A DNA stretch of 63,851 bases, counting the filler, from Reclinomonas americana ATCC 50394 (lineage: Eukaryota), in assembly GCA_048213135.1 (NCBI GenBank). It is 8 parts of 3 records of this genome, joined end to end, with 100 filler letters (N's around TTAATTAATTAA, not from the genome) between each part and the next. Parts side by side here need not be neighbours in the genome. Positions count along the whole stretch, not along the records: positions 1 to 26,514 come from PS015495.1; 7 more parts are not named here. One strand, given 5' to 3'. Numbering within the stretch: position 1 is the stretch's first letter; every line of letters starts with the position of its first letter. The notes under the pieces are model-generated. The model saw nothing but the letters and a program-made list of their open reading frames with translations. It did not search any database and was not told where the DNA came from. The position numbers were made by a program, and so were the translations under genes. Shown in pieces: positions 1 through 12,492 of the stretch.

Positions 1-605
1 AGGCTAGAGAAGAGAGAGAAAGTGAGTGAGAAAGAGAAAGAGAGAGGGGGAGAAATACACGAGAGAGAGCGAAAGGTGCCGTTATGAGTTGAGAGTCGTC
101 TCGAAAGCGCGACGCAATCTTCTCCCCCTCTCTCTTTCTCACTCGTTTACTCTCTTCTCTTCTCTTGCTTCTCCTTTCTCCTCTCTAACATACACACTCT
201 CTCTGTCTCTCTTCTTCTTATTCTTCTTCTTCTCTAGCTTCTCCTGTCTTCTGTAGCACGCACTCTCTCTCCGTCTTTCTTCTTCTTCTTCTTCTTCTTC
301 TTCTTCTTCTTCTTCTTCTCTTTTGCTTCACCCGTCTCTCTAACACACACTCTCTGTCTCTCCTTCTCGCTCTCCAATTTCTTTCTGCTTTTGCTCTTGC
401 TTCCCCTGTATTCTCTCTAACACACACACACACACTCAGTCTCTCCTTCTCTCTCCTTCTTCTTCATCTTCGTCTTCTCTACCCGAGCCTCTTCTGTCAC
501 CATACACACTCTCTCACTCACTTACTCTCTCCTTCCCCCTTCACTCCCTCCCTCTCCCCCTACCCCTTCCTCTCCCTCCCCCTCCTCCCTCTCCTTCTCA
601 CTCAC

Positions 606-2633
606 CATCACCACGCTTGCTCTCGCGCAACCGCCAATTAAAGTACAGCGCCGTGTGCAAAATCTCATCGAAAACCAAGTAAAGTGTCTCGTCGCGCAGC
701 TCGGTACCCTGTCGAGCACAGTGAGCATCACTCGCATCTTCCTCCCCCCTCCTTCCCCTTGATCTGCGTAACCTCCACGCCGCTCTCATAGGCGTCGACC
801 AGCGAGGCCAAGATCGACACGCACACCGCGCGATCCTTCTCGCTGCCGTTCACGTAGCGCTTGACTTCGGCGATAAACACCGGCAGCACAATGCGACGCG
901 ACTCCTCCTGCACCAGCAAGTCGCTGCCGCACAACTTGCGAATCAGTTCCAGCTTGCCGACCACATGATTGCCCTTGATGTCGTGACGCTGGTCGGCCTC
1001 GATGTAGCTGACCACGAAATGCGCAATCTCCGAGTGCGAGAACGAGCCGGCCAGCGCTTCGAACATGGTGCTGATGTGCTGCGTGATGAAGAGAGGCGGT
1101 TAGCGAGTGGAAAGAGGGGGGAGAGAGACAAGAGACAGAGCGCGCGCGACTCACCTTGACTGTCTTGTCTTGCACGGCAATGACAAACGGCGGTTCACGC
1201 AGTCGCATCATGTCACACAGCGCCTTGTTCAGGTTCTCCACTTGCCGCCGGAACAAATTGGTCTCTTCGGCCGTGGTACGCGATGGGCCATCAAGAATCG
1301 AGTCTGTCGAGCACATGTGAGCAATTCACCAAGCAATACCCGAATCCATCATCACACACAGACCGGAAATGGAGGAGCGACCAATGATGGAGACCGTGCG
1401 ACTCTGCAAGTCCCACTTGAGCTTCGAGGCAATCACGAAGCGGAACATGTAGTCCAGGGCCTGTGCGTGAGGAGATGAGGAAGCCGACCCGACTTTTGGT
1501 GCAAGTCGCCGCCGCCGACAACGCACCTTGGTCAACTTCATGACCACATCCTTGTGTGAGCTGTCGGCGACATTCTGCAAATCCGACATCATGCAGTCCA
1601 GCAGCTTGATGTGCACACCGCTAAAAGTAAAGAAGCGCTCAATGTACTGGTCCAGAATCACGCGGCAGTTGGCGAATTTGGTGCCGGACAGTTGGCCAAT
1701 TGTGTACACCAAGTCGTCGTAGCTGCGCGACGGGTGAGTGACACAACGAGGGGAAACGAGTCTCAGAGTACGCAACACAAGCCGGCACACGGATTCCTCT
1801 TGCCGTGACATGAGAATGTGGAAGAGGGCATCGAAAATCTCGCGCAAAAACTGCACAGCGTTTCGTGAGTGTCACCTGCTGCTTGACTTTCGAGCAACCA
1901 CACAAACCTTGACGCTCTCTGTAAAATCAATGAATGAGAAGCGGCGCAGCAGCTCCTCCAGGTCGCCGCGGTATGAGCGCCACTTGAGAAGGCTGTTGAG
2001 ACACTCTGTGGGAGGCACAGGCTTCAGGTGAGCAAACAACTGCACACATGATAAGAGAGGTAAGCCGTACCGTCTTGCGTGACACGAGTGGAGACCAAAC
2101 GTGTGCGAATACGGAGCACCTCCTTTCGCAAGCCTTGCATCTCCGCTTGCTCAGCTGGGTGGGCGAAACAGAGGTGAGCACCGAGACGCTAACGTTCACA
2201 CAGGAGACGCCAGTGAAATCTCACCAGCCGACACGCGAATCAGGTCCTTGAGGGGAATGTTGGCCGCCGGCCCCGATGTGCGCAGCATGGGCACCGAGGA
2301 GACGCCATCTGGCACAATCAAGCCGTCTTGTGTTGCCACCTTGAACAGGCCAAAGGCGATGGGGTCCGGTTGGTGCAGCTTGTCTGTAGGGGGGAGGGAG
2401 GAAGGGAGGGAAGGGAGGAAGAGAGGAAGGGAGGGAAGGGAGGGAAGGGAGGAAAAAGGGAGGAAGGGAGGGAAGGGAGATGCAGGGAAGAGGGGAGAGG
2501 GAGGAAGGGAGGAAGGGAGGGAGGGGGGAAGAGAGGAAGAGAGGGAAAGAGGCCGGAAGGGAGGAAGGAAGGGAGGGAGGAAGAGAGGAATGGGGAGTAG
2601 GGAGTAGATCGGAAGGGAAACAGGAAGAGGGAA

Positions 2634-2675
<42 letters not shown>

Positions 2676-5600
2676 TGTCAGTCAAGCGCGACAAAAGTCG
2701 ACAGGCTAGTGCGACGGGACGCAACGAGGCTTCAGCGAGACGTGGTACAGCATGACAAACACCCACGAGTGTTCGAGCACATTCTTCTCCACCGAGAAGC
2801 GGATGGTTTCGCGCCATTGCGGCGTAGTGACGTGATAGTACACCGACGAGCGGTACTCGGTGACGGCGTCGAATCCGGACGCACGGCGAAGCGAGTTCTG
2901 CGGTTGTGAGAGAAATGGTAAGAGAGAGGAGAGAAGAACAGGGGACAAGAACTGCAGCGCACCGGGATAATGTCACCGCTTCCATTGACCAGGGCAACAG
3001 ACACCTCCACGCTCTTGGATTCGGCGCCCATGGTGCCAGATTCTAGAGTGGAGAGCGTCAGAGCCAGCAAAACGGATGACATGCGCACGACAATCAACTC
3101 ACCAAGCGTGACATAAAAGTCATTGCGGAACTCGGTCGGCTCAATGACTTCGGGGAAGCCGAACTTGGGCGTCCGGTTCACTTCCTGCACACGCAAGTTA
3201 TGACAGTGAGCGACGACAAAGGAGAAGACAGACTGGGTGCCGATAATAATCACTTACCCTCAGAGCCGGATTTTCGGCCAGAATCTGGTCCAAAGTGCCG
3301 GGGAACATCGTGACACCCACGCGCAATGCGGCGGGTCGCTGTGGTCGTTCCATGCCACCGGCGTTGTCGATCAGCACTGCAGGAGGATAGGGGAGGGCGG
3401 GGCAGCGTGAGAATAACCGAAAGGGAGCATGCAAGAAAGTAATGAAAGAAATGTAAAAAGAGAGAATGAGAGAAAACTAACAAACGAGGAAGAGTGATGG
3501 CGCAGATGTATGGGAAGGAGTCGCAAGAAAAGAAAGAGACGAATAAGCTGAACACGGCAAGGAGATAGAAAGAGAAAACATAGAAATGAACCTCGGAGAA
3601 AGTGAGAAGAGAGCACACCGTGGGGAAAGGAAATGCAGGGATACTGAGTATGAAGAAAGAAGAGAGAGAGAGAGAGATACAGAGCATGACAATAAGACCG
3701 AAGAGCCGAAGGAGCGGACGAAAGTGATAAGAAGAGACCGCAACGCCAACCACGGCAGCGGGAATGAGGGACAGTGAGAGAGTACACACAGAGATATCGT
3801 TCGTGTCGTCCTTCCTTCTCCTGTCAACGCAACAGTCATGCGCCATGGCAAAACTACCCTCATCACGAGGGCACATAAAATCCAACGGCTCCGGCATCCA
3901 CTCCTGCTCCTCGGCGAGATCCGTGCGCAGTACTTGGCCGGCCAGCGGCAGCACAGCGATGGCGTACGGGCGGAGATAATCAGTCTGCATATCAATTGAG
4001 AGATGAGTTTCGAGAGAAGGCAAGCACACGCAACAAGGGACACACACACTCTCTCTCACTTCTCCTGCCTCTCTCATTCTCTCACGGTCATGCAGTTCTC
4101 TCTCTCTCTCTCTCACTGTCTCTCTCGTCTCTCACTGCTCCTATTGAGTATTCAACAGTTATATGCGAAACAGGGGTGTTGAGAAAGTACATGTGCATGC
4201 CTGTCTGTCTTTGTACGTGAGTCTCTCTCCGTGAGTGCGAGGCTGACACGAGCGAGCGAGAGAGAGTGATGACGATTACGAGCGCTGTTCGTGAACTGTG
4301 AAAGATCCGCAACGCACCCTTGCACCCGGACGAGTCGGCTGATCCTGATGCACAGCGCCCTGGCGATAGACGCGCACCACCAGGCACAGTCGCGAGTTGA
4401 CATCGTCGCGCACAATGTCGGTGAAAATGGTGCGCAGATTGCCCAGCAGCTGGCGATCCACCGGAATGCCCGTGTCGGCCAGCTTCACACCGTAGTCCTC
4501 GGTGAGGAATTGTCGCTTCTCCATGCTGTAGAGCGACAAGAAGACGTGCATTGGCTCGCCCGTCTGCGCATGGGAAGCGGTACGTAAAGGCAAGATCAGA
4601 AATGAGGTGATGAAAGTGTAACGAGGTAATGGCCAGGCGCAACATTAAACGACATGCTCTTGATGTCCACCATGAAGGCGTAGGAGCCGTCGGACAGCTC
4701 GAGGCGGTCGGCAGCACCCGACATGCCGGCTGAGGGTGCCTTGCTGGCTGGTGCGCGGCGCTGTGGATATACAATCATGGGCACACACAGAAAGGCAAAG
4801 AAAGCGAGAGTGGGTGGGGGTTTGCGAGCAAGGGAGAGAAGGAGGGAAAGGGGGAGAGGTGGAGAGGGAAAGAGGGAGAGAGGGTGGGAGAGGGAGAGGG
4901 AGAGGAAGAGAAAGAGAAAGAGAAAGAGAACGAGAAAGAGAAAGAGAGAGAGAGAGAGAGAGGAGATGGAGAGGACAAATAAAGGGAGGACAAAACGCAG
5001 TCACACGCCATGACATTCATCACCCACACTCACCCCTTTCCTCCCGCTAATGAGATCGCTCTTGCGCTTCTCCTCCATGCGCCGGTGTTGCTCGTCGAGC
5101 AACTTGCGTTGTTGTTCCGTGTGCTACGCACGCAACTCAAGCAGTGAGCACAGACTCAACACGACAATCTCCACACACACACACACCGCACCTGACGGAA
5201 GAGCTCCACCACACCAGTGTTGAATTCGTCGGCACGCTGGCCCTTCTTCTCGCCCTTGGACACACGCACAATCATGTCGAGGTCGAGCATGCGTGAGCCC
5301 TCCTCAATTTGCTTGATGATGCGCACTTTGAGTTCCTCGCGTTGTGCCTGTAAAAGGAAACGTGAGCAAGAGACAGGCACGCTTGGTATACGGAGGTGGT
5401 GCACATACTTCAGAGATGCCTGCGGACATGATCTGCTTGCGCCAGTCGACCAGGTTGGTCATGCGCTTCTTCAGCATGTCGTACTCGCTGTGGCGTCCGT
5501 CCTGCGGCGGTGGAGGGGAAATGACACGAAGGGTGAGGGAGGGAAAGGACAAGAGAAGGGGAAGCGGATGAAGAGAAGCGCGAAGTCATTGACGGGCAGC

Positions 5601-6692
5601 AGGGCAACGAGATCAAAAAGAGGGGGGATTGCATAAGGCATGAAATAAGCAGAAGGGGAAAAGGAAAAGGGAGAATGAAAATATGGGCAAAATGGAATGA
5701 AATTCGAGTTGGGAGGGGAAGAAAGACACACATAGAGGAAACGGAACTCAACAACACGAATGCCAGGGAAGAGAAGAAAAGCGTAACGTGGGCAGCATGG
5801 AAAGAACGAAGCAGGAATGTGAAATGGCCGACAAGACAACCTTAGGGCAACACGACAAAGAAATCAACAGCACAGAGACCGCGGAAAAGGAGAAACGGCA
5901 AACATGAGCGGAGACGGGGGATGGGCGCAGTTTGCACAGAGAAAGAACAGCGGAAGGAATGGAAGCGGATGGAGTGAGAGCGAAAGAACGAGAAGAAAGA
6001 ACAGAAGACAGGAGAGAGTAAGAGGGACAGGTAAAGACGACGTGATGCATCCCTTCTCCCGCCTCACCTGCGCCAGCTTCTTCAACTCCAGTCCCCACTC
6101 GCGTAGCACATCAATCATTTCGTTCACCAGTGGGTCCTCATTCTGTGTGAGACCTACAGAACGAAGAGCCGCTGAATCGCCATGAGGCCTCGAAGCAGGG
6201 ATGGGAGAAACAAAGAACGCGGCGCGTGCGGGCGCACACCAACCTGCATGGGCGAGGGCGGCCTCGAGTGTGCCGTCGACCAACTCGATGTAGTTGACGG
6301 GGAAGATGCCCTTTTTCTTGGCGGAGATGAGGTAGCCCTTGAACCTGCACGAAGGGGAAGGGGAAGTGAGAAGAGGAGGGAGAAGGGATATGAAAGGGAG
6401 GGTGTGTGTGCGTGCGCGAGAGAACGTCATTGCGTGTGCAACACGCGATCAATTAGCCTCACTGCCTGTGCATGCATCTGAAGACCGAGCTGTGCAAATG
6501 CGTGTGTGATAGGACGACATTCTCAGCCTCTCTTCTGTGCCTGTGGACTCTCAAAGCCTCTCTCTGTCCGCCCGTGCTTCCCCTTTCTGCGTGCTTGCAC
6601 GCACCATCCACCCTTCTCCTCTCGCACTTCCACGATATCGCCCTTATTCAGCGACAGTTGATGCCGTCCGTTCGCAGCAAACGGATACACAG
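606..6692 (-). CDS. DOCK: DOCK-family (DOCK-A/B, DOCK180-like) Rac GEF, N-terminal part: SH3, DOCK_N helical region, C2-DOCK (DHR-1) and start of ARM region; ~17 exons; continues beyond window start; first exon not located
   Basis: Spliced peptides: VYPFAANGRHQLSLNKGDIVEVREEKGGWFKGY...KKGIFPVNYI (SH3); EDPLVNEMIDVLREW; FGFPEVIEPTEFRNDFYVTL; EYRSSVYYHVTTPQWRETI (C2-DOCK); RTRLVSTRVTQD; KFLREIFDALFHI. All match DOCK1/2/5 motifs. GT-AG introns preserve frame. Confidence 0.93.
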
Positions 6693-6935
6693 CTGCGGGC
6701 AGCGAAAAACAACATGATCAGCATGCGGAAATACACAAAGGCCCTCTGAAACTCGTCGTGGCACAAGAGAGAAAGAGGAAGAGAGAGAGAGAGAAGGAGA
6801 GGGAGGGAGAGGGAGGGAGGGAGACAGTGTGAGTGAGTGAGTGAGGGAGAGAGAGGAGATAAGAGAGAAACAACTGAAATGAAATCAGTCTCGTCCCCCC
6901 TTTCTCTCTCTCAACCTCCCCTCTCATGTGTGTAA

Positions 6936-6970
<35 letters not shown>

Positions 6971-7126
6971 GGGGAGAGAGGGCGAGAGGGAGANNNNNNN
7001 NNNNNNNNNNNNNNNNNNNNNNNNNNNNNNNNNNNNNNNNNNNNNNNNNNNNNNNNNNNNNNNNNNNNNNNNNNNNNNNNNNNNNNNNNNNNNNNNNNNN
7101 NNNNNNNNNNNNNNNNNCGTCTCTCT

Positions 7127-7175
<49 letters not shown>

Positions 7176-8248
7176 CGACCGCTCTCATCCTTTTCCTCGT
7201 TCCTCTTCATCGCTCTTCCTGTCACAATCTCGCGACGATCCTTCTCGCGTTTCTTTCTTGTCTTCGCTCTTGCTCTGCTCACCCTCCCTCTTCTTTCGCG
7301 ATCAACTCGTGTCTTCTCAATGGATGTCTTCACTCTTCGCCTTCTCTCATTCGATCGCTCTCAATGCTTCTCCTCTCTTCTTCTTCGCGATCCATCACTC
7401 GTTTGTGCTGTGTGATCGATCGCTCACTCCTCTCACTCTTCCTCCTCTCCCATTCGATCGCTTTCTTCTCTCTTGTCGCTCTTTCTTTGCTCACTCTCTT
7501 GTCGATTAGTCACTCTCGCAGTTCTCCTCACTCGATTGTTCTTCACACTTCGCCTTCTCTCATTCTTCCTTCGCTTCCCATCGCTCTTCTCTTCTCACAT
7601 TCCTCTCCTCCTCTTTCCCCTCACTCTCCCCCCAGATGCGCCGTCACCTTTGAGGTCTTTGGCGTTCGTTTGCGCGGCGAATCGACACAACAGCAGCAGC
7701 GGTCGCGTCGCAGCAAGCCAACAAGGCGACGGCGATCGACAGCGAGTGGAGGAGTGTGGTCGGTGGTGTTTCGCTTGTGGGATTTTGAGGCGATTGTGGT
7801 GCCGGTGGCGATGCGTGAAGATGATGATGATGACGGTGATGGAGAGGAGGAAGGGGAGCGGGAGTCGAGAAGGACGAGTGTGGTTCGCGAGTGTGTGCTG
7901 CGGACGACGCCGGGTGAGTGGAAGGGAAGGCAAAGGAAAGAGGGGAAACAGAGCAGAGCACAAAGGAGGCGACGAAGAAACCACCTCTTCCCCACTCTAC
8001 TCCACACTGCGCTCTGCTTCTGCTCCGCACTGCGCGCTCTGCTTCTGCTCCGCACTGCGCGCTCTGCTTCTGCTCCGCACTGCGCTGTTCCTGTCGTCCT
8101 CTCACTGATCCGCGATGCAGATCGACTCGCAACAGCATTGCAGTCGTCACCTCCTCTTTCCGTGACTCTGGCAGTGCCCGCACCACCCCCTGTTGCGTTG
8201 GATATGCCTTGCTGTTATCGACCCTTTACTCAATGATTATCGCTGCAG

Positions 8249-9725
8249 GCACGTCAAGCTTTGGCAGCTTTCGCCGCCTGCACTGTCTCGCTGGTAGATC
8301 GGTGGACAGAAGAGGTGCGCCTCATCATTCCTCTCTCTCTTTCTCTCCCACTCCCTTTCCTCATCCCCCTCCGTCTCCTCACAGTGCATGAGTGCCCTGT
8401 GCGATCCCTCCCGCGGGCTCGGCCGACAGGGCACGTTTCCTCTCACTGACGCCCTGGTTTGCGTGACTCGTTCTCGTCCAGAGTCGGCGATTGATCTCAC
8501 ACAGCGCTCTCCATGTAGGGCGCGGCCGTGGCCACGGTCTCCCTTCGCGTCTCCTTCTCACTACTGACGCCACCCGAAGCACCGCCGTCGCACATGAGAC
8601 ATGTTGCGTCGCTGTTGATTAAGGGCTGTCGTTTCTCTTGTGAGAACTCAATTGACCTCATCGACTCGGCAGTTCGAGAGAGTGTCCACGGCGCGCGTGG
8701 TACGCGGCCCGTCGCGTCGACGACAGCGTTCGGTGCCGGCCTCTGCACGCCAGAAACGACCAAAGTCGGCGGTGAGCGACCGAGACAATGTTGTGGACCT
8801 GGCACGCTACGTTTCGCCGCCACGAGTCGCCAGTCTGTTGCCTGTGCAAGGATCGCCCAAGCAAGCCTCACCTCCTGCTGCTCCTTCTTCTCCACCGCCT
8901 CCTCCACCACCGCCTCCACCACAACCATCAGCTGCCTCCCCCCGCTGGTCGGCGTCGCCACCGCGCACTCGTTCGCGGCAGCCGTCGTCGCCGCCAATGC
9001 CGACGAGATACGCGGATTTGCAAGAGGTGTTTTCGCGCGACGAGGCCGAAGTCGACGGCTATCGGCGCATGCTGGCCTTTTCTCAGGGTCGCGACTCGCG
9101 CGACGATGACGGCAGCGATGAGCGGGACGACGACGATGAAGAACTGAGACCATTGCAGGCACACGAGGAGCGATATGCATGGCGACACCACATGCGCCGC
9201 CGCAAAACGCAGAGCGTGTTGAGAGTTGCGACTGCACACTGGGAGAGGAGATGATGGCGGATCTTCACTTGTTCTGATTGGCTGGCGGTACGCAGACCTT
9301 CAGGTCGGCACAGACCGCACACCGCGTAGGCGGCGGCTTCCACATGCACGACTCGATGGCGTTGCGTCAATTGCCGGCCCAGGTGCAGCCGGGCAAGATC
9401 GTGCCGCCGGCCGAGGATCCACAGTCGCTGCTGCGGGTGATGAGGATCATGTTGCGTGAGAAAAGGGAAGAGTTGATGGGGGAAATGATAATATTGACTG
9501 TCGTACATGTGTCAGGGCATCGTATCATGCGAGAACGGCAAAGATGGGTGAGTTGTGCGTGGTGATTGATGGCTGTCAATGGCGAGAATGGCTGATTGAT
9601 GTGTTACAGACAAGTACTTGAACGAGCTCGCCGAAATGTATGCTCCAGTGTATTGATGAGTGCGTTGTGAGGACTACTGCAGGGATGAGCGGCTTGTTCA
9701 CAAGCCCGCAACGCAAGACTCTTGA
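8249..9725 (+). CDS. Hypothetical multi-exon Pro/Ser-rich protein; 5' structure uncertain
   Basis: 3' exons splice in frame (donors 9225, 9451, then GTGAGT and GTATGC) to give ...TQSVLR|TFRSAQTAHRVGGGFHMHD...VMRIM|ASYHARTAKM|DKYLNELAEM|DERLVHKPATQDS*. No family recognised. Confidence 0.5.
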
Positions 9726-9894
9726 TGTTGTTGCTGGATCCTTAGTCCCTGGACACTTGCTCGTCCAGCACGAGCTGGTGGAGCTGCATGTGGCGTACGT
9801 CGATGGATCGCCAGCCGCCTTTGTATTGCTCGACTTTCGACGAAGCCCCACACTTGCGCAGATTGCCAACTTTGGTGAGTAGGCACACTCATAC

Positions 9895-10600
9895 CAGTGG
9901 GCTTGCTGCCTTCTTCGACCTTGGACCACTCTCGCCTTTGACTCTTCAACTTTGTGCACTTGCACCGATGACTGTTGACCCTTGGCAGATCGACTGCGAG
10001 AAAACGGCTGATGCGTTCAGTGCGACTTGGAATCACACCCAGCAGCAGCCATGTGGATTCTCCAACACTCTTGATCTCATTGGACCCTGGATCCTCTTAC
10101 GCTGGCATCCGCGATTGGTAGAACACCAAGCAGGTCACGGCCTTGGCTATTGGCTTCCTGAAGCAGCGCATTGAACAGTAACCATGTGGAATTGCTGGCT
10201 TCTCCGACCTTGGACCACTCTCGCCTTTGACTCTTGTTCTTTGTATGCGTGCATCCATGGTGCTCTTGACCCTCTTGGAGATCTCCGCTGGCCAACAACC
10301 CGTCGCCCAAGCAGCGCATTCAGCAGCAATTGTCGGATTGTTGAGTTCTTCGACCTTGGACCATCTCGCCTTTGACTCTTGTTCTTTGCACGCGTGCATC
10401 CATGCCTCTTGGAGATCTCAGCTGGCCAACAATCCATCGCTCTTTGCTTCCTGGTCGCCAGTTCGTCACAATCAGCAGCATGCCAGTGGGCTAACTATCT
10501 CGCCTTTGACTCTTGTTCTTTGTACGCGTGCATCCATGCCTCCAGGAGATCTCACCTGGCCAACAACGCATCGCTCTTTTCTGCAGCAACTGTGGGATTG
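9895..10600. repeat. Degenerate dispersed/tandem repeat (~145-290 bp spacing)
   Basis: Core (c)gaccttggacca(c)tctcgcctttgactcttgttctttg..cg(t)gcatccatg recurs at ~9915, 10205, 10350 and 10498. Confidence 0.8.
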
Positions 10601-11875
10601 CTGACTTACCTCTCGTCCGAGGTCGACGTCCTCGTATGCACTCTTCCATCCAGTGGCTAGTGACCCCTTACACTTGCATGCATGGTCTCGGACCCTGTAG
10701 CTGGACACACCCCATGCGCCCACTTGTCGCCTTCACTTGAAACGTCGAGTGTCCTTCTCCCTTCACCTCCGGGAGGGTCTGGGGTCGGTGATCGGTCACA
10801 AAAAAGAATGGATCCCGGTGACCCGGACCGAAAAAGAATGGAGCTCGGCCTTAGAAAAGAATGGATCTCGCCCAAGAAGATTGGATCTCCCGGCCGGAGC
10901 TGGGTGGCTCCTGGTGCTTCCGAACCGTTGCTGCGAATACGGCAAACAGTAAATCGGCGTAGTTCCGTCTGCGGACGCTTGCAGCATGCAAGCGACTATC
11001 AATACGTTCACCAAGCTCGTCTAGAGGCGCACGCGCGCACGCGGAACACGAACCGGCCTTCGTGTTGTCGCTAGCTTTGCACCGTATCCACAGGTTTTGT
11101 CGGCTAATTCCACTCGATCAACTAATTCGGACTTACATAACCACAGCGCTTATTCATTCGTGATCGCTGATGAGCTTTGCGAACGACACCGCCTCACTCA
11201 TATCCATGTTCTCCGCTTCACGCTCCATGTCGTCATCGTCGCCGCAATCGTTCATACCGTCGCTGTCGTCCACCTCCAGCACCGCGGCCGCAGCCGACCC
11301 GTCGTCGCTCGCAACAATCTGACCATAGCTGATATCCACCTGCATCGGCTAAGCATCCACAGTNNNNNNNNNNNNNNNNNNNNNNNNNNNNNNNNNNNNN
11401 NNNNNNNNNNNNNNNNNNNNNNNNNNNNNNNNNNNNNNNNNNNNNNNNNNNNNNNNNNNNNNNNNNNNNNNNNNNNNNNNNNNNNNNNNNNNNNNNNNNN
11501 NNNNNNNNNNNNNNNNNNNNNNNNNNNNNNNNNNNNNNNNNNNNNNNNNNNNNNNNNNNNNNNNNNNNNNNNNNNNNNNNNNNNNNNNNNNNNNNNNNNN
11601 NNNNNNNNNNNNNNNNNNNNNNNNNNNNNNNNNNNNNNNNNNNNNNNNNNNNNNNNNNNNNNNNNNNNNNNNNNNNNNNNNNNNNNNNNNNNNNNNNNNN
11701 NNNNNNNNNNNNNNNNNNNNNNNNNNNNNNNNNNNNNNNNNNNNNNNNNNNNNNNNNNACACACACAGCACGCAACATCAGGAGCAAGGCTCAAAAAGAA
11801 TGGATCTCGGACAAAAAGAAAGGAGCTCGCTCAAAAAAGATTGGATCTTTTGTCCCAGACAGCCCCACCTCCCCA

Positions 11876-12461
11876 ATGGACACTCTCGCCGGCGCACTGA
11901 CTCCCTCGGGTGGTGGAGGCCCGCCACTGCTCTCCTTCACGCATGCTGCTCCCTCGCGCGTGCGAGTGACGTTTGGATGGGATGAGAACGTGCTAATGTT
12001 GGCGCACTCGTCGGTGCAGGCGCTCTCGTCACTGTACATGTTGCCGGAGGAGTCGTGGGCGCTTGTGCCAGAGTCGTGCACGAGAGTGTGGCAGGTGCGG
12101 GTGGGAGGGAAAGGGAGGGAGAATGGGGGGGAGAATGGGTGTGCATTAGAACAGAACGAGTGTGTGTGTGTGTTGCGTTGAAGAAAGCAGGGAGAAGTAG
12201 AGGCACACTTGTACACTGCAGGCTCTCTCTCTCTCTCTCTCTCTCTCTTTCGTGAGTGCATTCACTGAGTAACTGTGTGCATTGTAGAGGAGAAGTGCAG
12301 ACTCAGTGCACACTGAGCTCGCTCTTTCTATCTGTGCATGTGTGCNNNNNNNNNNNNNNNNNNNNNNNNNNNNNNNNNNNNNNNNNNNNTTGCACACAAT
12401 ACGCTCTCTCAGGCACTATGAGAGAGTAAGAGAGTGAGTGTGCAAGAGAGAAACGTGGACT

Positions 12462-12492
<31 letters not shown>

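Noticed and set aside
8000..8090. 25-bp triple repeat ctccgcactgcgcgctctgcttctg, and 12-bp repeat at ~53935-54010
   Set aside because: Short simple tandem repeats with no evidence of function
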